Source of the DNA: a virus
Lineage: Duplodnaviria > Caudoviricetes
DNA: 56,466 bases
Reading direction: 5' to 3' (one strand)
Virus record (IMG/VR): IMGVR_UViG_3300027728_000001
Span: 1-56,466 of that record
Part shown: positions 29,001 to 37,277 of the stretch, piece by piece
How positions within the stretch are numbered: position 1 is the first letter of the stretch
Layout of the letters: each line of letters begins with the position of its first letter
Position numbers and translations under genes: made by a program
Notes under the pieces: model-generated
Database searches by the model: none
The model's input: the letters and a program-made list of their open reading frames with translations, nothing else
What the model was told of the DNA's origin: nothing

Positions 29001-29283
29001 CAGTCAGCTCCAGAATCAACAGCCAGGGCCGGTCGTTACGCCGGTGTAGCACCACCGGGACTTTCCCCTGACAATCCCGGCGGGCCTGAGCCAGCCAGTC
29101 GTAGGGGTTCCCGCGTTCGGTACGCTTCACCTCCAAGTGAATGCCCGTGTAGGAGCTGATGACATCCGGACTGTCGTTTCCCCCGGCAAACTGCTGCCCT
29201 CTTCTGGCTGTGCCGCCCATTACAAACGCCCATACCTTGGACGCTTCCAGTTCCCCACGGCAACCCTTGGCTCTGGAATTCAC
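28852..29283 (-). CDS. PD-(D/E)xK Holliday-junction-resolvase-like nuclease
   Basis: NSRAKG.RGE.E, SPDV, HLEVKR. Confidence 0.8.
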   Translation of the reverse strand: MNSRAKGCRGELEASKVWAFVMGGTARRGQQFAGGNDSPDVISSYTGIHLEVKRTERGNPYDWLAQARRDCQGKVPVVLHRRNDRPWLLILELTDAPKFLLEAQAGPQAEVLGGTQVPSDLPSAGSSAPSQDNARNAGVLHPQ

Positions 29284-29525
29284 TTTGTATATCTCCCCAG
29301 CAGTCCGTTGCTGTGCCGTGCTTCGACCAATGAGAGGCTAGGGAACTGTTCGGTCAGTTGCTTTATCGCTGCCGCAGGGGTCAGCTTATCCACGGCACGC
29401 TCGTTCGCACGGAGCCATTTCCCCAGGCGACCACCAAGGTTCAGGTCGGCGTTCGGGCCAAGCGGTTCCCAGTACAGCAGGAACTTGTAGGTGTCTGTCC
29501 GGACTTCTGTTCCTAGCAGCATCAC
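29280..29525 (-). CDS. Hypothetical protein
   Basis: Coupled to both neighbours. Confidence 0.6.
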   Translation of the reverse strand: MMLLGTEVRTDTYKFLLYWEPLGPNADLNLGGRLGKWLRANERAVDKLTPAAAIKQLTEQFPSLSLVEARHSNGLLGRYTK

Positions 29526-29893
29526 TCTGGCTCCTCGGCGCGGATCATCGCCTCAATCACATCCGCGTAGTGGTGGGGGTATTCTTCTGCCACGCCGCGT
29601 TCGATCAGATAGTCAGTCAGTCTCTCGCCGGTAGTGATGTCGGCAAGGTCAGCGAGCAGCCGGCCATACTGATCTCTGACCCAGTCGTAGGACACAAGGT
29701 GCAGCCGGTCGGCATCCGCGTGGATCTCCACCCAGTCCACAATCGCAGACTTGGCACTCTTCTTACATCGCACGCCGCACAGCACAACGTAGACAGCCAC
29801 CATGCTGGCAAGCTGGGGAGCTGTGCATCTCACCAGTACAGTGTCACCACGTGTAACGCGGATGACTTGTGCTACGGTTTCCTGGCCGTCCAT
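29522..29893 (-). CDS. Degenerate SNase/thermonuclease-like protein
   Basis: VIRV..GDT, DQYGRLLA, LIERGVA. Confidence 0.65.
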   Translation of the reverse strand: MDGQETVAQVIRVTRGDTVLVRCTAPQLASMVAVYVVLCGVRCKKSAKSAIVDWVEIHADADRLHLVSYDWVRDQYGRLLADLADITTGERLTDYLIERGVAEEYPHHYADVIEAMIRAEEPE

Positions 29894-30270
29894 GTGCCTA
29901 CGTTCCGCTCTCGCTCTGTCAGGTAGTACTGAGGCACAGGTTCTGGGTCATAACCTAAGTGCTTCTTATGCTTTAGCGATGCAAGGAAAGCTGGATCGTA
30001 GTTCTCAGGATCACAGTCTTCCTTAACGCCAAGCAGTATACGCCTGTCTAGGTCGGGTTGTCCACTGAAAATCTGGCCGCTATGCAACACGCCATGGCAC
30101 CTCTCGCACAGCCGTAAGCAATTACGGATGTCATGCTTACGGCCAGCACCACCAATCAGATGGTGAACCTCCAGGCTGCGGCGACCATCGGACTCTGGCC
30201 ACCAGCACACAGCACAACATCGGTGAAGGGCAACCCAGTCTAGTAGCGCCGCTCGCTCAGCCTTGTTCAT
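29872..30270 (-). CDS. HNH endonuclease
   Basis: CAVC..LEVHHL..N.LRLCERCH..H. Confidence 0.8.
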   Translation of the reverse strand: MNKAERAALLDWVALHRCCAVCWWPESDGRRSLEVHHLIGGAGRKHDIRNCLRLCERCHGVLHSGQIFSGQPDLDRRILLGVKEDCDPENYDPAFLASLKHKKHLGYDPEPVPQYYLTERERNVGTWTARKP

Positions 30271-30541
30271 CCAAGACAGTATACAGTTGAACAGGTTCTA
30301 TCGCAACTGCGTGCCGTAGCCACATGTCAATGTCATATCGCTCGGGATGACAGAGAGAACATAGCTGGGCCATCGGCTGATACATAACCCGGTAGTTCTT
30401 CTTGCTAGTAGACAAACCCGTCGACCACATGCGGCACACGGTATCCTCACCAGTCCACAGATGGGACTTTCCGGTTAGATCACCAAGCCTGTTACACCTC
30501 ACTAAGAAACCCCTTACTTTCGGCAGACTACGCATATCCAT
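30257..30541 (-). CDS. Small Zn-finger-like protein
   Basis: H.W.G.DT.C..CxxC. Confidence 0.6.
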   Translation of the reverse strand: MDMRSLPKVRGFLVRCNRLGDLTGKSHLWTGEDTVCRMWSTGLSTSKKNYRVMYQPMAQLCSLCHPERYDIDMWLRHAVAIEPVQLYTVLDEQG

Positions 30542-30543
30542 TA

Positions 30544-30898
30544 AGCCCCCAAATCTGTTTCGGTACGGAAGACCAGACCGACTCCCTGGAAGAAATCCAA
30601 GAAGTCAGCGGAACCTGTTTCGGTTGGAGCCGACCGGCCCGCCCATCGGGATGGTTTTGATGTCGCAGTTACCCTCAATTAACCCTGTCACTGCGCTGCG
30701 ATTGGCATATGCCTCGGTGAATTCGGAGTCGTCAGAAAAACACCTTTACCGCAGAGAAACCTAGTCAACCGCGGGATTGCCTCTCGGCGCGTCTCCGCGG
30801 GGTTGCCCCCTCTTCGCCATTCCATGGCAGCGGCAAGCCTTGCACAGCTTGCCTTCGGCGGGGGGCCGATCTTCATACCGTGTGCCCATCCTGGGGCT
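30544..30898 (-). ncRNA. Candidate structured non-coding RNA (about 355 nt) or origin
   Basis: Gene-free gap; complementary ends; GCAA and GAGA tetraloop hairpins. Confidence 0.4.
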
Positions 30899-30912
30899 AT
30901 GTGTGTGCAGAG

Positions 30913-31059
30913 TTATTTGCTAGCCATCATCCAGAGTCCAATGTTAGCAGCCGAATACGATGCGTAAGTGATTGCCATCGCAGTGTTTCCGATCATCCCT
31001 TGCTCAATGGACACGTACAGGTAAATGAACCCGGTGATGATGATCAGTGAGCTGCTCAT
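30913..31059 (-). CDS. Small two-TM membrane protein
   Basis: MSSSLIIITGFIYLYVSIEQ..GN..MAI.Y..Y..ANIGL. Confidence 0.7.
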   Translation of the reverse strand: MSSSLIIITGFIYLYVSIEQGMIGNTAMAITYASYSAANIGLWMMASK

Positions 31060-31129
31060 TCGATTCCCCATCCGTATTGATAAAGCGACGGTTACTGTCG
31101 ATTCTGGCATATGATCGGTCGGCCTCCCA

Positions 31130-31342
31130 TCAGTCATCTAGCAGACCCGGGGACTCCCTGAGCATATCGCGGATCAATTCTAAATGCGCGCGTGTTTCTT
31201 CAGATTTCTCGCAGTGCTTAAGAATATGCCTGCAGTACTGGTCAACAGTCCCGATCACCGTCTTCGCATTCCGCCCCTGCATGGCTGCGGTGAAGTCGGC
31301 TTGGTCGTCGGGCAGTCGGTAGCGAATGATTACGTGGGGCAT
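31130..31342 (-). CDS. Small hypothetical protein (MPHVIIRYRLPDDQ..)
   Basis: 70 aa; N-terminus paralogous to the 31890 gene. Confidence 0.7.
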   Translation of the reverse strand: MPHVIIRYRLPDDQADFTAAMQGRNAKTVIGTVDQYCRHILKHCEKSEETRAHLELIRDMLRESPGLLDD

Positions 31343-31369
31343 TGCATTACCTAGTTCGCATTTTAGGAA

Positions 31370-31461
31370 CACCACCCGGCGGGTGTAGGCTGCGAGGCTC
31401 ACCGGGTTCCCCAGCCTGCCTCGCACGGTTTATCAGTCCGCTGCCGTCCCGCCGGGTGGTG
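31370..31461 (-). ncRNA. Candidate 92-nt multi-stem RNA element
   Basis: Perfect 14-bp closing stem, internal 8-bp stem and a small hairpin. Confidence 0.5.
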
Positions 31462-31485
31462 AACGCAAGGTGACGCTAGTGGCTA

Positions 31486-31890
31486 CTATGTGCGGAGTCG
31501 ATCCAGTAGGTGACGCAGCACGGCAGATATGTCGTTGTCTTCGGTGTCGAAAAGATCAACGGTCACTATCGCTGCGACTTCAATCGCCTCCCGCTCCGCG
31601 TCAGTGAGGGTGGGTGTATTGCCGGTGCCGTCATGGCAATGCGAGGCAACCGCTTTATCATTGCGGCCCTCGTCGCTCACGGCTATCGCGTCCGGCACAG
31701 CGTCATGATTTGTCGGGCTTTCAGCCATTTTCCCGGCGTCGGGAATATGGTGGCGATCAGAATTCCACAGCCGATCCATGTCTGCATGCGCCGCATCCAG
31801 CCGCAGCCGCACCCGGCCGCCGGCATGCATGGCAGCGTTGAGTTCGGCTTGCTCGTCGGGTAGGCGGTATCGGAGGATGACGTGCGGCAT
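31486..31890 (-). CDS. Mosaic hypothetical protein (MPHVILRYRLPDEQ..TLTDAEREAI..)
   Basis: 134-aa ORF. Confidence 0.6.
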   Translation of the reverse strand: MPHVILRYRLPDEQAELNAAMHAGGRVRLRLDAAHADMDRLWNSDRHHIPDAGKMAESPTNHDAVPDAIAVSDEGRNDKAVASHCHDGTGNTPTLTDAEREAIEVAAIVTVDLFDTEDNDISAVLRHLLDRLRT

Positions 31891-31913
31891 GTTCCAGATT
31901 CCAGAATGCGGTA

Positions 31914-31956
31914 CTACCTAGTTTACTACCTAGTTTCTGCGGATGCTACCTAGTTT
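31914..31956. repeat. CTACCTAGTTT x3
   Basis: Copies at 31914, 31926 and 31946; a 9-nt core also at 31348. Confidence 0.9.
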
Positions 31957-32056
31957 GCGATTCACAATCGCCCGCTGTGGGCCAGGTGAAGCCCTCGCCA
32001 GTTGCGGAGACGGCTGGCGATGTCGCCATCGTAGGCAGCGGCGGTGATAGTGTGGG

Positions 32057-32353
32057 TCATGTCCACCTCGGGTATATGAGAACGCCGTTGGTCTTGCTGC
32101 CGTTGAGAACTTCGATTGCGCAGATGCGAGGGAACTCTGCAGTCATCATCTCGGCCGTAGCCAGGAAGGGCTGGCTATCGATCAGAGAACGATTGCCGTC
32201 CACATAGTCTTTGATGACAAGGTAGTCATCGACATCGCTGGGGCCGGCAGGCTCACGCTCCACCCATGTGCGGATGATTGTGGTGAGCGTGCGGAAGGCC
32301 AGGATGTTTTCGTACAGCCGCTCGGGCTTTGAGAAGTTTGGCAGGAAGCTCAT
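32057..32353 (-). CDS. Hypothetical protein
   Basis: 98 aa, in operon. Confidence 0.65.
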   Translation of the reverse strand: MSFLPNFSKPERLYENILAFRTLTTIIRTWVEREPAGPSDVDDYLVIKDYVDGNRSLIDSQPFLATAEMMTAEFPRICAIEVLNGSKTNGVLIYPRWT

Positions 32354-32356
32354 ACG

Positions 32357-32968
32357 TCACCCCACATTCCTATTAGTTTTGCTCGGAGCCTTGCGACCTC
32401 GGCCTCTAGCTGCTGGATCCGCTTTGTCAATTGTTTCACTTTCTCCCCCTCCTTGGACGAACATTCCAGTGTCACCGTCTACAAACTCCAGTAATGTATG
32501 TGGGTACAGTAGTTCTAGCAATTGAGTAGCATTACGCAAGTGAGACTTTGGGGCGACCAAAGTATTTACGTTGTGGTTGCGTCCGCGGTCGAACACCACC
32601 TGCTCCTTCCATGTGTCATCCCGGTCTAGGGCCGACACCCACACCCACTGGCCGGTCGGCTTGGACTTAAAGATGTAGGCAAAGTGCTTTAGCCTTTCCT
32701 TCTCCATGCCCTGCACATTATCAACGAACACAGTGTCGTAGGGGTAATCCTCCGGGGAGGTGAATACGATGCTGCGTTCCTTTATCTCCACGCTCATTAA
32801 CACCACTGCGTCTGGAGTCTCGCAGTGATCGGTGAGTTTATTAAACCCCTTCAGCACCAGCTTGCGTCCGTGCGAGGCCGACCGGCCGGCGGAACGCAGG
32901 TCATCGACCCACGCCCGCTCGGCCCGGTGGCCGTTAGTCAATGCCGATTTGAACGAACGATGAGCCAC
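32357..32968 (-). CDS. PD-(D/E)xK-like nuclease-fold protein
   Basis: G..AE..TPD..SVEIKER; GGAGG RBS before GTG 32968. Confidence 0.6.
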   Translation of the reverse strand: MAHRSFKSALTNGHRAERAWVDDLRSAGRSASHGRKLVLKGFNKLTDHCETPDAVVLMSVEIKERSIVFTSPEDYPYDTVFVDNVQGMEKERLKHFAYIFKSKPTGQWVWVSALDRDDTWKEQVVFDRGRNHNVNTLVAPKSHLRNATQLLELLYPHTLLEFVDGDTGMFVQGGGESETIDKADPAARGRGRKAPSKTNRNVG

Positions 32969-33455
32969 GTGGCCTCCATGCGTAGGCGCGAATCCCAGAG
33001 CGGGGCTCGCTGAAGTTACGACCTCGGACAATGCGGGCCTCCTTGGCTCGCTTGTACAACTCTGCCGGCGGCGGATCGCTGGGGCGAAGCCCGTCGTCCA
33101 GCCATTCCAACTGGGCGGGAATCCATTCGGCCCCCCGCAGTTCGTCCGCGTCACGCCGTACCGCTGCAGACCATTCAGCCGTCTGGCCGAAGACCTCTGC
33201 GATGTCAGCGTCGTCGTAGCCGGGATCCAACTGGCAGATCACAGCCAGCCTCGCAATGGACGGGACGCCCCCGTACGACCGTAGGATACGGACTACGCCC
33301 TCGCAGGTCGTCCGCTCAAACCCCAGGTCGTCCGCTACCCTCCTCGTCGGTTCCTTGTTGATCACGCAGCGATGGTATAGCTGCCCTGCGAATCCCAAAG
33401 CATGCTGCAATGGCCCGGCACAATCTTTTCCAAAAGCCCAACTTAACCTTGTCAT
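32934..33455 (-). CDS. Putative HTH DNA-binding protein
   Basis: RRVADDLG and DADIAEVFGQT HTH-like segments; GGAGG RBS. Confidence 0.5.
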   Translation of the reverse strand: MTRLSWAFGKDCAGPLQHALGFAGQLYHRCVINKEPTRRVADDLGFERTTCEGVVRILRSYGGVPSIARLAVICQLDPGYDDADIAEVFGQTAEWSAAVRRDADELRGAEWIPAQLEWLDDGLRPSDPPPAELYKRAKEARIVRGRNFSEPRSGIRAYAWRPRGSSFVQIGID

Positions 33456-33567
33456 CAGACCCTCCGTGAATGTAAGCATGCTCTGGCGGGAAAGCATGCG
33501 GAACGTCAAACCGCCACAAGATCTCCGTTACCGTCTCATCGACTAGCAAATCGTTCTTCTCGTCCAT
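33316..33567 (-). CDS. Small hypothetical protein
   Basis: GGAG RBS; overlaps both neighbours. Confidence 0.45.
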   Translation of the reverse strand: MDEKNDLLVDETVTEILWRFDVPHAFPPEHAYIHGGSDDKVKLGFWKRLCRAIAACFGIRRAAIPSLRDQQGTDEEGSGRPGV

Positions 33568-34597
33568 GTCGTCTCCCCAGTTCCTTTCGGAACATAGCTT
33601 TGATCCAACCATTCAACTTGCCGTTCGTCGCAGCCCAAGACACGTAGTGGTCAGGCAACTCTGAGAGTTTGAAGCCGGCGTACTTCCCCTTCAGCGGGTT
33701 GTTGTAAGTGCCCACTGACCGGACTCCCTTCCATGTGATATCCACATCACGCCCATGGACGCTGCCTGCTCCCCGTCCGTGGGTGTTGCGGCGCATCTCT
33801 TCGATGAGCCTGGCACTGGCGAGCTTCTCAGCCTTCTTCGCAGCAGCCTCCGCAGCCAAGGCATCTATCTCCGCTTGCGAGAGTGGTTTTTTCTCGGCCG
33901 CTTCCCGTACACCTTTTTTGACTTCCTCGTCGTCGGAACCACAGAACATGTCCACGGCCGTGATGACTGTGTGATCCAGAGTTCCGGCTGTGCAATCAAC
34001 AATTTTGAAATGAGGCTTATCGGAGCGAGCGATTCCCGCAATTCTGTCGGCAGCGGTGAGAAGACCGTCTCCGTCAACAACCCCGGGGAGAGGACGAGTG
34101 GCTCGTCCAACGCATTGCAACCAGAAGGATCGGGATCGGGTTGGTCTGGCAAGGATGAGGGTGGCGGTCGGTGGGTAATCGAATCCCACGGCGACGACTT
34201 GGCAGTTGACCAAGACTCTGGCCTGCCGGGACTTAAAGGCTGTGAGTGCATCGGCTCGCTCCTCGTCAGGCATGGTGCCCCAGACACAGACGGCGGGGAT
34301 CCCGTAGTTCCTAGTCAGGTACTCAGTCGCACCCTTGGCTGCAAACACACTGCCTGTGAAGAGGACGGTCTGACCTTCCATCTCTTCAGCGGTGATCATG
34401 CAGGCACGGTGCAAGTTGGCTTCCTTGTTCAGCTCCGCGGCGAGCTTCGACTGGTTGAAGTCACCACCGACAAGATTGACCGCCGACAGATCCAGTGACT
34501 CCACACGGCTCAGCTTGCAAATAGGCGGCACTGACCATCCGTTTGCGATGGCCCAGTGGAGGTCGTAGTTACAGACGGACTCTTCGTAGAACTGCAT
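33536..34597 (-). CDS. SF2 (YejH/Irc3-like) helicase, C-terminal half, ending in a GKYxG..LP..Y..W domain
   Basis: Motifs IV-VI: VLFTGS, VGFDYP, QCVGRATR. Confidence 0.88.
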   Translation of the reverse strand: MQFYEESVCNYDLHWAIANGWSVPPICKLSRVESLDLSAVNLVGGDFNQSKLAAELNKEANLHRACMITAEEMEGQTVLFTGSVFAAKGATEYLTRNYGIPAVCVWGTMPDEERADALTAFKSRQARVLVNCQVVAVGFDYPPTATLILARPTRSRSFWLQCVGRATRPLPGVVDGDGLLTAADRIAGIARSDKPHFKIVDCTAGTLDHTVITAVDMFCGSDDEEVKKGVREAAEKKPLSQAEIDALAAEAAAKKAEKLASARLIEEMRRNTHGRGAGSVHGRDVDITWKGVRSVGTYNNPLKGKYAGFKLSELPDHYVSWAATNGKLNGWIKAMFRKELGRRHGREERFASR

Positions 34598-35100
34598 GCG
34601 TTACTCCTAAGCATGGGTTTGCCATCCATCCTGAATGGCGTAGCGGTGAATCCAGCGACCATGGCTCCTTGGTCTTGGAAGAACTTCAACATCTCAATCA
34701 CAGCCTCACTGCACTGCATGTGGGCTTCGTCAACGATCACAAGCTGAAAGCCATTCAGCCGGCGGTATCTCTTCTCACCCTGGCGAGAGGATAATAAGGT
34801 TTGCTTGCTGGCGACGATGACCTTGGAAGGCCAGCAGTCACGCTCGGCAACGTAGTCGGCCATCTCAATATCGGGATCGGAGTCAGTGATCTGCCGCACC
34901 TTGTCAGCAGCCTGCCAGACCAGCTCACGCATGGGGGCGATGATCAACGTGCGGCCTTCGATCTGATCAGCGAGTGCAGTGAAGACCACGGTTTTGCCAG
35001 CGCCAGTGAACAGTCCAACCAGCGTGGACTTCACGCCTCGCTTCATTGCGTCCAGCAACGAGTCGATCACTTCTGTCTGGTAGTCACGCAGCCTGAGCAT
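34510..35100 (-). CDS. SF2 helicase, N-terminal half
   Basis: LRDYQ, TGAGKT, VDEAH, GFTATP; helicase-like sequence stops at 34612. Confidence 0.9.
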   Translation of the reverse strand: MLRLRDYQTEVIDSLLDAMKRGVKSTLVGLFTGAGKTVVFTALADQIEGRTLIIAPMRELVWQAADKVRQITDSDPDIEMADYVAERDCWPSKVIVASKQTLLSSRQGEKRYRRLNGFQLVIVDEAHMQCSEAVIEMLKFFQDQGAMVAGFTATPFRMDGKPMLRSNACSSTKSPSVTTTSTGPSQTDGQCRLFAS

Positions 35101-35113
35101 GGAACCTCCTTGT

Positions 35114-35164
35114 AAAAAAGCCCGGGGGAGGGCGGGCCGGAGTAACCCGCCCTCAACCCCGGGG
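35114..35164 (-). terminator. Long GC hairpin plus T6 between ssb and helicase
   Basis: GAGGGCGGG/CCCGCCCTC inner stem, CCCGGGG outer stem, TTTTTT on the minus strand. Confidence 0.75.
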
Positions 35165-35187
35165 GGCGCCTTTGCGCCGCGGACGGA

Positions 35188-35532
35188 TCAACGGAACTCT
35201 GAGACGAACTCTTCTTCTTCAACAGCGGCCCGCTTGCCACCAACCAACTGGATGGCATTGACGTTCAGAATCATCTTGGATCGCTTCTGGCCTTCCTTCT
35301 CCCATGTCTGCTGATCCAGTTCCCCCTCAACAAGCACCTGTGTGCCCTTGTTCAGAAAGGCAACGACTCCGCCACCTCGCCAATATTCACAATCCATAAA
35401 CAGGACTTTGCCCTGCTTGTACGGACTGTTGACGGCGATGGAGAACTTCACCACTTCACGCTCACCTGCCGTGCGGACTTCGATATCCGCAGTCAGGTTG
35501 CCCATCAGAATCGTCCGGTTGTAACTAGCCAT
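35188..35532 (-). CDS. ssb: Single-stranded DNA-binding protein
   Basis: YNRTILMGNLTAD.E.R..KGTQVLVEGEL..W..G.KRSK; acidic tail. Confidence 0.95.
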   Translation of the reverse strand: MASYNRTILMGNLTADIEVRTAGEREVVKFSIAVNSPYKQGKVLFMDCEYWRGGGVVAFLNKGTQVLVEGELDQQTWEKEGQKRSKMILNVNAIQLVGGKRAAVEEEEFVSEFR

Positions 35533-36172
35533 TGGTCACTGTCTCCTTATCCCAATGTTTGACAAACTCAGCCTTGCAGCGGTCATACACATCCCGCCCA
35601 ATCGCCTTCTCTCGCAGCCGTAACTCCACGGTCTGCATCACCTTCACGGCATCGGGCCTGCTGCCCGCATTGCCAATCGCAGTCTTCCACCCTGCCTCCA
35701 GCTTTTCAGTGGATACGCGGACTTGGAGGTTCCCTGCCTTGGTGGGCACAACAGCCACAGTCTCACCGTCATCATCCGCCTCGCCAGAGAATCCTCCGGT
35801 GAGTGCCATCAGCAGGGTTCGCTTGGCATACGTCGTTGCCGCACCAAAGCCCTGCATGTCACCTTTTGGATTAACCAGTGGGGCAATGCCTGTGATGTAC
35901 TGGCCCGTCTTGTGACGCAGTGTTCCAACCAGCACCCACTGGCCGGCAATCAGACCCGGCCGGAAATCCGGCAGAGCCAGACCGTGCTTGGTCAGCGGGC
36001 CACGCAGTGAGTCGCAGCAAGTTGCGTAGGAACTGAACCTGCTTTTGAAATGCGGGTTAGCAGCGTCCAACTCAACGTGCTTGTACTCAGCTTGTGCCTT
36101 GGCCAATGCCTCTGTGAGCGCACTGGTATCTGGCGATGACGATGGCCCCAAGATCTCATTGTTGTCGTTCAT
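35525..36172 (-). CDS. ERF-family single-strand annealing protein
   Basis: ALAKAQ..NPHFKS..Q.FGAATTYAKR..DDDG. Confidence 0.9.
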   Translation of the reverse strand: MNDNNEILGPSSSPDTSALTEALAKAQAEYKHVELDAANPHFKSRFSSYATCCDSLRGPLTKHGLALPDFRPGLIAGQWVLVGTLRHKTGQYITGIAPLVNPKGDMQGFGAATTYAKRTLLMALTGGFSGEADDDGETVAVVPTKAGNLQVRVSTEKLEAGWKTAIGNAGSRPDAVKVMQTVELRLREKAIGRDVYDRCKAEFVKHWDKETVTNG

Positions 36173-37023
36173 ACTGTGATGACCTCCTCCTCTTGTCTCT
36201 TCGCCCACACAGGGAACTGAAGCTCCGTGATCTCTCCAGCATCCGCCGCCTCATAGACGCCGGTATCTCTCCGCAGACGAACCTCCTCCATTACGCGCGC
36301 CATACGCAGGCCCGCCTCATCCACAACCTCCGTGGGCAGATAGAACACATGGCAGGCATAAGGCGCCATGGTTTGAACGAAGACGAATGGCATGCGGAAC
36401 TTCTCCATGCCGAGAGCCATCGCCCCCTGCACGTAGAACCATTCCTGCTCGGCGTAGCCGTAGTCCATCACACTGCGGTAGATCTTGTCCCACGTGCTGG
36501 AGGTGGTCTTCAGATCCCACCACAGGCTCGGGGTGCAACCGTCGGGCCTGACCTTGCAAAGCTGGCCGGCCAATTCAAAGAAGACCGACACCTGCGTCTC
36601 AGTGGTCTGCTCCACCAGTGCCTTGGCAGCAGGGTTCTCCAAGAGGTGCTGGAGCATGATCTCTAGCTGCCAGCCCTCTTCGGCGTTGCAGTCGATCAGC
36701 CCCTTCCTCTCGGCCTCTTCCTTCCAAGCGTCGTAGGCTTTCCCCCGGCGGGCACCATTGCTGGCCAGAACATCCGCTGGCGGGATGGCCAGAACGTCAG
36801 TCAACTTTTTCCCCTCACAGACGGCCGAGACGAGCGTGTCGAACTTGCTACCCGTGCGGGTGGCCGTGGAGCCCCCAAACATGGAGTGACCAAGATCCAT
36901 CCAGCGTTGGGCCTCGCCGCCAAACCGGGCGACAGAGTGCAGGTACGACCTGCCCAAGAAATCTGTGTGAGCGTGGTACTCCGCGTTGGGCATACCGATA
37001 ATCTTCTGCGGGAACTTGTCCAT
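36169..37023 (-). CDS. RecE/DUF3799-like PD-(D/E)xK exonuclease
   Basis: MPNAEYHA, CKVRPD, WDLKTT, YGY..Q..FY; AGGAG RBS before ATG 37023. Confidence 0.88.
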   Translation of the reverse strand: MDKFPQKIIGMPNAEYHAHTDFLGRSYLHSVARFGGEAQRWMDLGHSMFGGSTATRTGSKFDTLVSAVCEGKKLTDVLAIPPADVLASNGARRGKAYDAWKEEAERKGLIDCNAEEGWQLEIMLQHLLENPAAKALVEQTTETQVSVFFELAGQLCKVRPDGCTPSLWWDLKTTSSTWDKIYRSVMDYGYAEQEWFYVQGAMALGMEKFRMPFVFVQTMAPYACHVFYLPTEVVDEAGLRMARVMEEVRLRRDTGVYEAADAGEITELQFPVWAKRQEEEVITV

Positions 37024-37241
37024 ATGTACACTCCTAGAAAGAAGCCCCATCCTTGGGGCGGAAAGAATCCCTCCGGATAAGACGCCGCCCAATGACGAGC
37101 GAACGCCCCAACTGGCCGATGGCGAGGAGAGTGAGCAGAAGGCTCACTTCAGAGAGAAAGATGAGGCTGGTTAGGAGGGCTAGGTAGGAGCCCTGTATGA
37201 TTCGGGAGAGCCCCCCACTAAGGGGGCTTCTGCGACCGATC

Positions 37242-37264
37242 CTATCCAATTGAGCTAGGGGTGC
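37242..37264 (-). other. 5' fragment of a tRNA-Arg-like gene, candidate attP core
   Basis: GCACCCCTAGCTCAATTGGATAG matches the acceptor 5' strand and D-arm pattern of bacterial tRNA-Arg; adjacent to the integrase; no T-arm follows. Confidence 0.7.
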
Positions 37265-37277
37265 CATATGGCCCGGG

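Noticed and set aside
30729-30735. Hammerhead ribozyme core CUGACGA on the minus strand
   Set aside because: No GAAA directly follows a closable stem II, so the core is incomplete.
31914-31956. CRISPR-like mini-array
   Set aside because: 11-bp repeats with 1- and 9-bp gaps; no spacers and no cas genes.
34595-34625. Simple -1 frameshift joining the helicase halves
   Set aside because: The downstream frame has TAG and TAA immediately before its ATG, and no slippery heptamer lies after them.
37190-37264. Complete tRNA gene
   Set aside because: Only the acceptor 5' strand and D-arm are present; no T-loop or 3' acceptor strand.
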